A DNA stretch of 64,000 bases from Phototrophicaceae bacterium (GCA_965207905.1 OZ242316.1:4163848-4227847), one strand, 5' to 3'; shown: positions 42,557 through 52,060, counted from the stretch's first letter. Notes: generated by a model not told the origin, from the letters alone. A program made the numbers and translations.

Positions 42557-44275
42557 ATGTCCCAAACCGCCAAACGCAGCCAAGATTTCTTCAGCGCCGA
42601 GGGCGTCAGCGGCCTCATCCGCCGCGCCTTCACCGCCGCCTCGGGCTACGAAAGCGACGACATGTCCCGCCCGCTCATCGGCATCTGCAACACCTACAGC
42701 GAGCTCAACCATTGCAACAGCCACCTGCGCGCCGTCAGCGAAGCGGTCAAACGCGGCGTGCTGCAGGCCGGCGGCTTCCCGCTCGAATTCCCCACTATCT
42801 CGCTGGGCGAGGTCTACCTCAGCCCGACCTCCATGCTCTGCCGCAACCTGGCCGCCATGGACACCGAGGAGATGATCCGCGGCAATCCGCTCAGCGGCGT
42901 CGTGCTGCTGACCAACTGCGACAAGACCACGCCCGCCGCGCTGATGGGGGCCGCCAGCGCCGACCTGCCGACCATCATGGTCAGCGGCGGGCCCATGCTC
43001 AACGGCCACTTCCAGGGCGAAATCCTGGGCGCTTGCACCGATTGCCGCCGCTACTCGGCCGAGTACCAGGCGGGTACGATCAGCGCCGAGACCTACCAGG
43101 GCGTCGAGAAGAATCTGGTGCGCAGCGCCGGTCACTGCATGGTGATGGGCACGGCATCGACAATGAACTCGCTGATGGAGGCGCTGGGCATGGCGCTGCC
43201 AGGCAATGGCGCCATTCCCGCGTCAGACTCGCGCCGTCTGCAATTGGCGCAGGCGGCCGGGCGGCAGATCGTCCGCCTGGTCGAGGCCGATATCCGCCCC
43301 TCGCAGATCCTGACCGCCGCTGCCTTCGACAATGCCATCACGCTGCTGAACGCGGTCGGCGGCAGCACCAACGCCATCGTGCACCTGCCCGCGATCGCCG
43401 GCCGGGCCGGCGTCGACCTGCCGCTCTCGCGCTTTGACGAGATCAGCCGCCGCACGCCGCTGATCGCCAATATGCGCCCGACGGGCGACTACCAAATGGA
43501 AGACCTCTTCTACGCCGGCGGCATCCCGGCCGTGCTGAAAGAGCTGCTGCCCCTGCTGCACGGCGACGCCCTGACCGTGACCGGCCGGACCATGGCCGAA
43601 AATGTCGCTGACGCCGACATCAGCAATAGCGATATCATCCGCTCGCTGGACAACCCGCTGCAGCCGGAGGGTGGCTTGAGCATCTTGCGCGGCAACCTGG
43701 CGCCCGATGGCGCGGTCATCAAACACGCCGCCGCCACGCCCGCGCTCTGCAATCATCGCGGCCCTGCCCTCGTCTTCAAAGATGCCGCTGATGTTGCGGC
43801 GCGCATTCACGATCCCGCCCTGGACGTCACGCCCGATCACGTGCTGGTGCTGCAGAACGCCGGGCCCATCGGCGGCCCGGGCATGCCCGAAATCGGCAAC
43901 CTGCCCATCCCACAGAAGCTGCTGGAAGCGGGCGTGCGCGATATGGTTCGCATCTCCGACGCCCGCATGAGCGGCACGTCATACGGCGCCATCGTCCTGC
44001 ATGTCGCGCCGGAAGCTGCGCTGGGCGGGCCGCTGGCGCTCGTGCGTGATGGCGATGAGATCGAGCTGAATGTGGCCGAGCGGCGTTTGCAGCTGCACGT
44101 CTCCGAGGCCGAGCTGGCGCAGCGCCGGGCCGAGTGGTCGCCGCCCCCGCCGGCCTACTCGCGCGGTTACGGCCAACTCTACTTGCGCAGCGTCAACCAG
44201 GCGCCGCAGGGCTGCGACTTCGATTTCCTGCGCGGCAGCGACCCGGCCGGCCCCGTCTGGCAGCCGAAGTTTTAG
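42557..44275 (+). CDS. IlvD/Edd family dehydratase (dihydroxy-acid or sugar-acid dehydratase)
   Basis: The ORF track starts at 42431 inside the repeat. The likely start is MSQTAKRSQDFFSAEGVSG (42557). It has CNSHL, TNCDKTTP and MVMGTASTMN motifs. Whether it is IlvD proper or a sugar-acid dehydratase cannot be told from the sequence alone. Confidence 0.85.
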   Translation: MSQTAKRSQDFFSAEGVSGLIRRAFTAASGYESDDMSRPLIGICNTYSELNHCNSHLRAVSEAVKRGVLQAGGFPLEFPTISLGEVYLSPTSMLCRNLAAMDTEEMIRGNPLSGVVLLTNCDKTTPAALMGAASADLPTIMVSGGPMLNGHFQGEILGACTDCRRYSAEYQAGTISAETYQGVEKNLVRSAGHCMVMGTASTMNSLMEALGMALPGNGAIPASDSRRLQLAQAAGRQIVRLVEADIRPSQILTAAAFDNAITLLNAVGGSTNAIVHLPAIAGRAGVDLPLSRFDEISRRTPLIANMRPTGDYQMEDLFYAGGIPAVLKELLPLLHGDALTVTGRTMAENVADADISNSDIIRSLDNPLQPEGGLSILRGNLAPDGAVIKHAAATPALCNHRGPALVFKDAADVAARIHDPALDVTPDHVLVLQNAGPIGGPGMPEIGNLPIPQKLLEAGVRDMVRISDARMSGTSYGAIVLHVAPEAALGGPLALVRDGDEIELNVAERRLQLHVSEAELAQRRAEWSPPPPAYSRGYGQLYLRSVNQAPQGCDFDFLRGSDPAGPVWQPKF

Positions 44276-44844
44276 CTGGGGAAGAGGCGCTGCAAGTCCA
44301 GCGTGAAACCGGGCAAGACGTTCTCGCCGCTCACGCTGCCGTCTTGCGCGACAAACTCGCTGACGGGCTGTCCTTCGGCGTCCGCGCGCCACACCTCGAC
44401 GCCCGCCCGCTCCGGCAAAACGAGCCACACCAGTTCGGTTCCGTTTGCCAGGTAGACCGCGGCTTTGCGGCGCTGTTCAGTCAGCGTGTTGCTTGGGGAT
44501 GAGATTTCGACCGCCAAGTCCGGCATGCGGGGGACGAACTTTTCGTGTTCGTCATGCGGCGCAGCCTGCTTTCGCAGAAAGGCGACATCGGGCGCAAGCA
44601 GTGTCTGGCGATCATCGGCGGGATAATAGGCGGATTCGACAGTGCCTTCGCCCAAGTCATGCGCTTCGGCGTAGTTCAAAAGAAAGCGGAAGATATGTCC
44701 TGCAAGTCGTCCATGTCTGTATCCCGGCGCCATATCCCAGAACAGCTCCCCATCAATGAGATAATAATGCTTGAGTTCATTTTCCGGCAGCTGCGCAAGC
44801 CGCCAGACGTCGTCAACTGTGTAGAGCCGCTCCTGAATCGCCAT
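44272..44844 (-). CDS. Uma2 family (DUF820) PD-(D/E)xK endonuclease, copy 1
   Basis: The likely start is MAIQERLYTVDDVWRL (44844). PDVAFL...PDLAVEISSPSN...K...Y is the Uma2 core. Its stop overlaps the convergent dehydratase stop (44272-44275). Confidence 0.85.
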   Translation of the reverse strand: MAIQERLYTVDDVWRLAQLPENELKHYYLIDGELFWDMAPGYRHGRLAGHIFRFLLNYAEAHDLGEGTVESAYYPADDRQTLLAPDVAFLRKQAAPHDEHEKFVPRMPDLAVEISSPSNTLTEQRRKAAVYLANGTELVWLVLPERAGVEVWRADAEGQPVSEFVAQDGSVSGENVLPGFTLDLQRLFPS

Positions 44845-44983
44845 GCTTGCCTCGCGACAATCTCTGAGTAAAGACAATTATAGCGCAATCCTCGCCCCGT
44901 CGGCAGAAGGGTCGGGTGCGCCAATGCGGCATTCATTTCCTGCGCGGGCGCGACCCGGCCGGCCCCGTCTGGCAGCCGAAGTC

Positions 44984-45556
44984 TTAGCTGGGGAAGAGGC
45001 GCTGCAAGTCCAGCGTGAAACCGGGCAAGACATTCTCGCCGCTCACGCTGCCGTCTTGCGCGACAAACTCGCTGACCGGCTGACCGTCGGCGTCCGCGCG
45101 CCACACTTCGACGCCTGCCCGCTCCGGCAAAACGAGCCACACCAGCTCGGTTCCGTTTGCCAAGTAGACCGCGGCTTTGCGACGCAGTTCAGTCAGCGTG
45201 TTGCTTGGGGATGAGATTTCGACTGCCAAATCCGGCATTCGGGGGACAAACTTCTCGTGTTCGTCAGGCGGCGCAGCCTGCTTGCGCAGAAAGGGGACAT
45301 CGGGCGCAAGCAGCGTCTGGCGATCATCAGCGGGATAATAGCCGACTTCGCCGGTGACTTCGCCCAAATCATGTTGTTCGGAGTAGATCAACAAGTAATG
45401 TCCGATGAGAATTTCGAGTCGTCCATGCCTGTATCCCGGCGCCATATCCCAGAACAGCTCCCCATCAATGAGATAATAATGCTTGAGTTCATTTTCTGGC
45501 AGCTGCGCAAGCCGCCAGACGTCGTCAACTGTGTAAAGCCGCTCCTGAATCGCCAT
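44984..45556 (-). CDS. Uma2 family (DUF820) endonuclease, copy 2
   Basis: It has the same N- and C-terminal sequence as copy 1. The patch RLEILIGHYLLIYSEQHDLGEVTGEVGY diverges from RLAGHIFRFLLNYAEAHDLGEGTVESAY in copy 1. Confidence 0.85.
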   Translation of the reverse strand: MAIQERLYTVDDVWRLAQLPENELKHYYLIDGELFWDMAPGYRHGRLEILIGHYLLIYSEQHDLGEVTGEVGYYPADDRQTLLAPDVPFLRKQAAPPDEHEKFVPRMPDLAVEISSPSNTLTELRRKAAVYLANGTELVWLVLPERAGVEVWRADADGQPVSEFVAQDGSVSGENVLPGFTLDLQRLFPS

Positions 45557-45646
45557 GCTTGCCTCGCGACAATCTCTGAGTAAAGACAATTATAGCGCAA
45601 TCCTCGCCCCGTCGGCAGAAGGGTCGGGTGCGCCAATGCGGCATTC

Positions 45647-45692
45647 ATATCCTGCGCGACAACGACCCGGCCAGCCTCTCTGGCAGCTGAAG
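45647..45692. repeat. Third, degenerate copy of the cassette boundary / dehydratase 3-prime end
   Basis: atatcctgcgcgacaacgacccggccagcctctctggcagctgaag compares with atttcctgcgcggcagcgacccggccggccccgtctggcagccgaag at 44223, about 75% identical by eye. Confidence 0.7.
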
Positions 45693-45697
45693 CACTC

Positions 45698-45767
45698 GCC
45701 ACAGACCGATTCAGCGCGATCGAGGGTTTTCTCTGTGCGCTCTGCGCCTCTGTGGTTTATCAAAAAA
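45698..45767. repeat. CACAGAG-family element without cargo (left GCCACAGAC, right TTCTCTGTGCGCTCTGCGCCTCTGTGGTTTATCAAAAAAG)
   Basis: Both end types lie within 70 bp. The element overlaps the last ~19 codons of the FAD oxidoreductase ORF. Confidence 0.75.
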
Positions 45768-46886
45768 GCGCCCATACCCAAACGGCGTCAGCAGCCCCGG
45801 CCGCTGCCCGCTGAGCGCCCACTCGGCCAGCAGCCGCGCCACCGCCGGCGCGATCGCCCAGCCATGCCCCGACCAGCCCACGCCCACCAGCATATTGTCC
45901 GCGCCGGGCAGCGCGTCGATGATAGGAATCCCGTCTATCGAGACCATCTCGGCGCGGTCGGTAGTGACCTCGTCCACCGCCAGGTCCGCCAGCGCCGGGT
46001 AGACCGCCACCGCTTCCAGCCGATTGCCCTCGACCTGTTCGGCGACCGGCTCGCCGCGCGCGGTCGTCTCGTCCCAGCGGCCGCGCCAGCCACCGGAGAC
46101 CATGACCCGCCCGTCCGGCAGCGGCTTGATCGCCAGCGTGCGATGCGCGTGCCCGATGAGGCGCCTCATCGGCGGCGGGATGTCCGCCCGCAGCGCCATC
46201 ACCTGCGGCAGCATGCGCCATATCGGCAGCTCTAGGCCCAGATACTCAGCGACAAAGGCGCCGACATGCGCGTTGGACAGCAAGATGAGCCGTTCGCCGA
46301 CCGGCACGTCAACCGTTTCGCCGTCAATTTCTACGCTGAGGCTGACGACGCGCTCTCCTCGCCGCGCCATGCCTGTGACGCGGGCATTCTCCTGTATGAA
46401 TGCGCCTTGCGCCTGCGCGGCCTTCGCCATTGAGCGCGTGGTGGCGCTGTGGTCGGCCACGCCATCGTTGGGGCAATATATCGCCGCGATGACGTCTTCG
46501 CTCAGTTGTGGCTCCAGTTCGCGGGTTTGGGCCGCGTCCAGGAGCTGCGATTCGATGCCCTGCTGATTCTGCAGCCAGACTTGCGCCGGCGCCCGCGCCA
46601 GGTCTTCTTCGCGCTCAATCAGGTCTAGATGACCCAAGCGCCGATAACCGGTGAAGCCGCCGATCTGCTCATGCAGGGTAGGCCAGATATCATAGGCCAG
46701 CCGCATCAGGGGCAGTTCGCGCAGATCGCGTCCGTTGGCGCGCACGCCGCGTTCGCCCAAGCCGCCGGATGCGCCGCTGGCGATGGTCTTCGCCTCCAGC
46801 AGCTGCACATCCGCGCCGCGTTTCGCCAGCTGCCAGGCGACCGCGCAACCGTAAATCCCGCCGCCGACGACGACAAATTCCGCCAT
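45711..46886 (-). CDS. FAD-dependent oxidoreductase (DAO / sarcosine-oxidase-beta-like)
   Basis: 391 aa with the N-terminal FVVVGGGIYGCAVAWQLAKRGADVQLLE dinucleotide-binding motif. The C-terminal tail ...FDKPQRRRAHRENPRSR is encoded by the CACAGAG repeat. Confidence 0.85.
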   Translation of the reverse strand: MAEFVVVGGGIYGCAVAWQLAKRGADVQLLEAKTIASGASGGLGERGVRANGRDLRELPLMRLAYDIWPTLHEQIGGFTGYRRLGHLDLIEREEDLARAPAQVWLQNQQGIESQLLDAAQTRELEPQLSEDVIAAIYCPNDGVADHSATTRSMAKAAQAQGAFIQENARVTGMARRGERVVSLSVEIDGETVDVPVGERLILLSNAHVGAFVAEYLGLELPIWRMLPQVMALRADIPPPMRRLIGHAHRTLAIKPLPDGRVMVSGGWRGRWDETTARGEPVAEQVEGNRLEAVAVYPALADLAVDEVTTDRAEMVSIDGIPIIDALPGADNMLVGVGWSGHGWAIAPAVARLLAEWALSGQRPGLLTPFGYGRFFDKPQRRRAHRENPRSR

Positions 46887-47048
46887 TGCTCAACTCGCTC
46901 TCATCTTTGTGCCGGGCTGATTATAGAAGAAGCGCCGGCGGCCGGGCAGGCTGTTTCCACGCCGCAATAGCCGGATTTGTCGGGATCGCCATGGAGTTGA
47001 CAGCGCTTGACAAACTCGCCCGCTTCGCCTGCGCATGCTGATATGGAC

Positions 47049-47077
47049 TTGCAACATTAGAATCTGGTTCTTATATA
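47049..47077 (+). promoter_or_regulatory. Candidate sigma70-type promoter for the SH3-domain protein gene
   Basis: TTGCAA (47049-47054), a 17-nt spacer, then TATATA (47072-47077). The SD GGAG lies ~8 nt before ATG 47140. Confidence 0.45.
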
Positions 47078-47139
47078 GGTAAATCATGGTACTCTGTACT
47101 TTGATTTTGCTATTACTTATCTATAACGGAGAATTAAGC

Positions 47140-48072
47140 ATGCGGAGAATCGTGTTCATACTTCTCGCTGCCGGCCTGTGCATATTATTTGTCCACGCGC
47201 TGCAGGCGCAGAGTCATGTCTGCGTCTCTTACGGGTCTGGTCGATACCTTTCGGTTAGACCCAATGCGTTGATGAAAGGAACCTTGGCAATCTTTGATGA
47301 TGCGGATTGCCTTACACAAACTGACTCGGTTGAGCCCGGGTCGCGCGGATGGGCCTACGCAAGTACCCAATCCAGGGCTAAGGCGATCTGCCGCTCAGAC
47401 GTCGCGCAGTTGAGCGGCGCCAATCCGTCACTATGGCGCTGCATCGCGCGCAAAAGAGGCAAACTGAGCAGCAACCTTCTCCGACCCGCGCGGCCCACTG
47501 GCGAGACCATCAATAAAGAAACCCTGCTGCGCCTGTATGCCGACAACGGAATGGAAAGCGGGATTCAATTTCAACGGGTGCGCGAAATGGGCATCGGGCA
47601 GCCGGCGATCATCAATCTGGGCTGGCTGGACGCCGTTAATGTCTGGGGCAATGTCGGCGCTGGATACAAAGTCTGCTTCCCGCAGGCCGGACGACCAATC
47701 TTCCTGGACGCCGCCTACCCGCCGCGCATGCCACGGGAGGCGCCCTTTGAGATGGACGACGGCTATACCTGCGTGGCGCTGGACACGGCCGGAACGATCG
47801 TTCTGGTTGCGGATCCCGCCGCCAATACCGACAAGAGCCAAGCGATACCACTGGCAGGCTGTAGCGTCACTACTTTGAAGAATCTTTACTTGCGCGACCG
47901 ACCGGAGGGGACTGTACAGACTCGACAAATCCCGGGCGCGACGCGCTTGCCAAGCTGGTCACGTACAGCCGGCTGGTTCGCTATCCAGTATGATGGCCAT
48001 TACGGCTGGGTCGCCGAACGCTTTGTCACTGCGGAAGGAAATTGCGAATATTTCTCTCCCGCACAGGCGTGA
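47140..48072 (+). CDS. Secreted protein with a C-terminal bacterial SH3 domain
   Basis: The ORF track starts at 47086. The likely start is MRRIVFILLAAGLCILFVHALQAQ (signal peptide). The C-terminal LYLRDRPEGTVQTRQIPGATRLPSWSRTAGWFAIQYDGHYGWVAERFV is SH3_3-like. Confidence 0.65.
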   Translation: MRRIVFILLAAGLCILFVHALQAQSHVCVSYGSGRYLSVRPNALMKGTLAIFDDADCLTQTDSVEPGSRGWAYASTQSRAKAICRSDVAQLSGANPSLWRCIARKRGKLSSNLLRPARPTGETINKETLLRLYADNGMESGIQFQRVREMGIGQPAIINLGWLDAVNVWGNVGAGYKVCFPQAGRPIFLDAAYPPRMPREAPFEMDDGYTCVALDTAGTIVLVADPAANTDKSQAIPLAGCSVTTLKNLYLRDRPEGTVQTRQIPGATRLPSWSRTAGWFAIQYDGHYGWVAERFVTAEGNCEYFSPAQA

Positions 48073-48099
48073 TCAGGGGAGCGCGACAGGGGCGGATTG

Positions 48100-49197
48100 C
48101 TACGCGTCCAGTTCGCCGTCGGGCAGCCCGGCTGGCAGCGCCGCCGGCTGATCGACTGCGCTTCTGAGCGTGACATGCTGGCCCAGCGCCGCCGATTCTT
48201 CCAGCGACAGCATGATATCCAGCACATGGAAGGCCAGGTCGCCGCTGGCGCGATGCGGCCGCCCGGACTGGATGGCGTAAGCCATATCGGCCACGCCCGA
48301 CCCACGACCGATCGAGCTGGAATGCGCCTTGGCGACATCCGCCCAATCGCGCGACCCGCCTTGGACCACGCGCACGACGCCGTCAAAGTTATTGGGGTCG
48401 GGCACGCTGAGCGAGCCGTCCTCGCCGTGAATTTCGATCCAGGGCAAGTGATGCCCCCAGACGTCAAAGCTGGTGATGACGCTGGCGATGGCGCCGCTTT
48501 CGAATTCCAGCGTGCCGGCGATATGCGTGTTGACTTCGACCGGCAGGACTTGGCCCATCAGCGCCTCGCTGGTGGCGATGCGTTCCGGGAAGGTCCTGCG
48601 GGCCGAGGCGGCGACCCGCGCCACCGGCCCCATCAGAGTCACCAGCGCGGTTAAATAATAGGGCCCCATGTCGAATAGCGGTCCGGCGCCCTCCAGGTAG
48701 AAGATGCCCGGGTTGGGATGCCAACTTTCCGGGCCGTGCGCCATGAAGAAAGCGGTCGCGGCCACCGGCTTGCCGATGACGCCGTCGTCTATGGATTTAC
48801 GCGCGGTCTGCAATCCGCCGCCGAGGAAGGTATCCGGCGCGCAGCCCAGACGCAAGCCCGCCGCCGCCGCGGCCCGAAGGACGCTTTCGCCATCCGCGCG
48901 GTTGATCGCCAGCGGCTTTTCGCTATAGGCATGTTTGCCCGCGTCGATGATTTTGAGCGAGATCTCGGCGTGCGCCGCCGGGATGGTCAGGTTGACCACG
49001 ATGTCGATATCAGCGCGCGCCAGCAGGTCGTCCACGCTATAAGCGGCGATGCCGTGCTCGGCAGCGAAGGCCTGGGCGCGGTCAGCCAATATATCGGCGC
49101 AGGCGACGATCTTGATTACGTCAAATGGCGCGCAGCCGCGGATATATGCCGGCGCGATATTGCCGACGCCGATGATTCCAACATTTAGTGTCTGCAC
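48100..49197 (-). CDS. Gfo/Idh/MocA family oxidoreductase (tandem paralogue A)
   Basis: The ORF track extends to 49410 through a REP hairpin. A GTG at 49197 gives VQTLNVGIIGVGNIAPAYIRG and 365 aa, the same length and start as the paralogue 49310-50407. Confidence 0.85.
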   Translation of the reverse strand: MQTLNVGIIGVGNIAPAYIRGCAPFDVIKIVACADILADRAQAFAAEHGIAAYSVDDLLARADIDIVVNLTIPAAHAEISLKIIDAGKHAYSEKPLAINRADGESVLRAAAAAGLRLGCAPDTFLGGGLQTARKSIDDGVIGKPVAATAFFMAHGPESWHPNPGIFYLEGAGPLFDMGPYYLTALVTLMGPVARVAASARRTFPERIATSEALMGQVLPVEVNTHIAGTLEFESGAIASVITSFDVWGHHLPWIEIHGEDGSLSVPDPNNFDGVVRVVQGGSRDWADVAKAHSSSIGRGSGVADMAYAIQSGRPHRASGDLAFHVLDIMLSLEESAALGQHVTLRSAVDQPAALPAGLPDGELDA

Positions 49198-49262
49198 GGT
49201 AGCTCCTTTGGTCAGCTGCTGCTTGGCAACGGGCGACTCCCTACGGTTTCCGTCATCCATGT

Positions 49263-49282
49263 GGGCGAGCCAAGGCTCGCCC
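49263..49282. repeat. REP-like hairpin GGGCGAGCC-AA-GGCTCGCCC followed by CTACG
   Basis: It has the same stem family as the 16181-16340 array and 17304-17324. It lies between the two tandem Gfo/Idh/MocA genes. Confidence 0.8.
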
Positions 49283-49309
49283 CTACGAAATCTCCAATAG
49301 GCTATTCGT

Positions 49310-50407
49310 CTAAGTATCCAGCACGCCGTCAGCCATGCCGGCAGGCAGCGCAGCAGGCTGATCAAGCGTGCTTTTGATTTCGATATGCCGCCCTTGTTCC
49401 GCCGATTCATCCAGCGCGCTCATGATATCCAGCACATGGAAAGCCAAGTCGCCGCTGGCGCGATGCGGGCGGCCCGACTGAATCGCATAAGCCATATCGG
49501 CTACGCCGGCCCCGCGCCCGATATTGGTGGAATGCGTCAACGGAATGTCGAGCCAGTCGCTGGCGCCGCCCTCGAGCAGCCGCACGTCGCCGTCGAAGCG
49601 ATTGGGATCCGGCACGCTTAGCGAACCCTTTTCACCGTGAATCTCGATTTCGGGCAAGTTATTGCCCCAGATATCGAAACTCAATATGACCGTGGCGATG
49701 GCGCCGCTCTCAAATTCGAGCGTGCCGGCGACATGAGTGTTGACCTCGACCGGCAAGACCTGTCCCAACAGCGCTTCGCTGGTGGCGATTCGCTCTGGGA
49801 AAGTCCGCTGCGCCGAACTGGACACCCGCGCCACTGGTCCCATCAAATTGACGAGGGCGGTCAAATAGTAAGGTCCCATATCGAAGTGAGGTCCGCCGCC
49901 CTTGAGATAGTAGAAGCCGGCGTTGGGGTGCCAGCGCTCGTGGCCGCGGCTCAGCCAGAACGCCGTGGCCGCCACCGGTTTGCCGATCAGGCCATCGTCG
50001 ATGACTTTGCGCGCGGTCTGGCCGCCGCCGCCCAGGAAGGTATCAGGAGCGCAGCCGATGCGTAGTCCAGCCGCCCGGGCCTCGCTGACGACTCGCGCGC
50101 CGTCGTCGCGGTCGACGGCCAAGGGCTTTTCGCAATATACATGCTTGCCGGCTTCGATGACCTGCAGTGAGACATCGGCATGAGCGAGCGGGATGGTTAA
50201 GTTGATGACGATGTCGATATCGTCGCGCGCCAACAGGTCGTCCACACTATAGGCGGCGAGGCCGTGCTCGGCGGCGAAGGCCCCGGCGCGGTCGGTCAGG
50301 ATGTCCGCGCAGGCAGAGAGCTCGATCACGTCGAAGGGCGCGCAGCCGCGAATATACGCCGGCGCGATATTACCGGTTCCGATGATGCCGACATTTAGCG
50401 TTTGCAT
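49310..50407 (-). CDS. Gfo/Idh/MocA family oxidoreductase (tandem paralogue B)
   Basis: 365 aa starting MQTLNVGIIGTGNIAPAYIRG. It is roughly three-quarters identical to paralogue A by eye. Confidence 0.9.
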   Translation of the reverse strand: MQTLNVGIIGTGNIAPAYIRGCAPFDVIELSACADILTDRAGAFAAEHGLAAYSVDDLLARDDIDIVINLTIPLAHADVSLQVIEAGKHVYCEKPLAVDRDDGARVVSEARAAGLRIGCAPDTFLGGGGQTARKVIDDGLIGKPVAATAFWLSRGHERWHPNAGFYYLKGGGPHFDMGPYYLTALVNLMGPVARVSSSAQRTFPERIATSEALLGQVLPVEVNTHVAGTLEFESGAIATVILSFDIWGNNLPEIEIHGEKGSLSVPDPNRFDGDVRLLEGGASDWLDIPLTHSTNIGRGAGVADMAYAIQSGRPHRASGDLAFHVLDIMSALDESAEQGRHIEIKSTLDQPAALPAGMADGVLDT

Positions 50408-50427
50408 TTGACATCCTTTGTATTATC

Positions 50428-50486
50428 CCACCCCCGGCCCCTCTCGCCATCTCTATGGCGAGCATCCGAAGAATCAGGGAGGGGTG
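50428..50486. repeat. Intergenic copy of the G/C-rich palindromic element family seen inside the BNR gene
   Basis: cccacccccggcccctctcgccatctctatggcgagcatccgaagaatcagggaggggtg shares cccccggcccct and gaa(tc/ga)atcaggga(a)gggg with 32351-32386. It has an inner hairpin ctcgccat/atggcgag. Confidence 0.7.
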
Positions 50487-50538
50487 ATGCGATGTATACG
50501 GCCAGCGATGCTCTCGGTTTGGCGCCTGTGAGATGCAT

Positions 50539-51255
<717 letters not shown>

Positions 51256-51402
51256 CGTATTCCTCTCGCAACCAGTCGATTTCAACAGCCCCGAATTATG
51301 CCCCGCTGGCAAACGATTTACAATTGAAATCTGCTGATGTAGTGGATGTGATTTCGTACAGCCGTGGAGTTACGCGGCTCAGTTCGCGTGCGCGATCTCG
51401 CC

Positions 51403-52002
51403 TTAGGCTATTTCATCCGGCTCAAACTGCACTTTGCTGTAGATGAAATCGAGCGGAATTTCGTCGTCGAGGGAGGCGATGCGCAGGCTGGATTCCAGCC
51501 CGGTGCATGTGCTGTAAGCCCATTCGTCGCCCGAGCGCGTATAGGCTTCGATCAGAGGCTTGTCCTGTGAAACCAGGAAATACCCCTCTAGAGAAGGAAT
51601 TTTCAAGTATTGCTCAAGCTTGCGCGTGCGGTCGATCTTTTCTGTGGAAGGCGACGAGACTTCAAACAGCAGCGTGGGATTCTCCAAGGGACCTGCCTTG
51701 GCGCCGCCGTGGAATACGGGCTCAGCGCATACAACCGTGACATCGGGGTAGGTATATGTGGCGAGGGCGTCGACCATTACCTGCATCCCGGCATACACGT
51801 CGCCATCTCGGTCCATTAGCGCAAAGTAAAACCAACTGACAAGCGCGGCAATTATAATTTCGTGTGTACGACTGCCACCTGCCATGGGGTATATCCTGTT
51901 GTCTATGAGCTCATTTTTATAAGGCTGCTCGCTTTCCCAGAGCAGGAACTCTTCCGCGCTCATCAGGCGTTCCGCTGTTTCCGTCGCCATCATTTGCTCC
52001 AA
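51403..52002 (-). CDS. Uma2 family (DUF820) endonuclease
   Basis: 199 aa with YKNELIDNRIYPMAGGSRTHE...PDVTVV...LLFEVSSPSTEKIDRTRKLEQY. Confidence 0.85.
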   Translation of the reverse strand: MEQMMATETAERLMSAEEFLLWESEQPYKNELIDNRIYPMAGGSRTHEIIIAALVSWFYFALMDRDGDVYAGMQVMVDALATYTYPDVTVVCAEPVFHGGAKAGPLENPTLLFEVSSPSTEKIDRTRKLEQYLKIPSLEGYFLVSQDKPLIEAYTRSGDEWAYSTCTGLESSLRIASLDDEIPLDFIYSKVQFEPDEIA

Positions 52003-52060
52003 AGGCTTTGTCTATACCTCAATAGAGTAACACATCCGAGCAAGGATTTGCCGTAATCGC

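Larger units (their letters stand above)
44223..45646. repeat. Tandem duplication, 2 x 712 bp (Uma2 cassette plus a copy of the dehydratase gene 3-prime end)
   Basis: Start codons (44844/45556), stops (44272/44984) and boundary motifs (atttcctgcgcgg at 44223/44935) are all offset by exactly 712 nt. The copies are near-identical except for one ~75-bp patch. Confidence 0.9.

Noticed and set aside
42416-43135. 239-aa minus-strand ORF and several 100-240-aa alternative-frame ORFs within the dehydratase gene
   Set aside because: These are shadow ORFs of a strongly supported IlvD/Edd-family CDS.
44134-45214. 122-123-aa plus-strand ORFs antisense to the two Uma2 genes, and the 149/154-aa minus-strand alternative frames
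   Set aside because: They are duplicated only because the DNA is duplicated. The Uma2 frame carries the family motifs.
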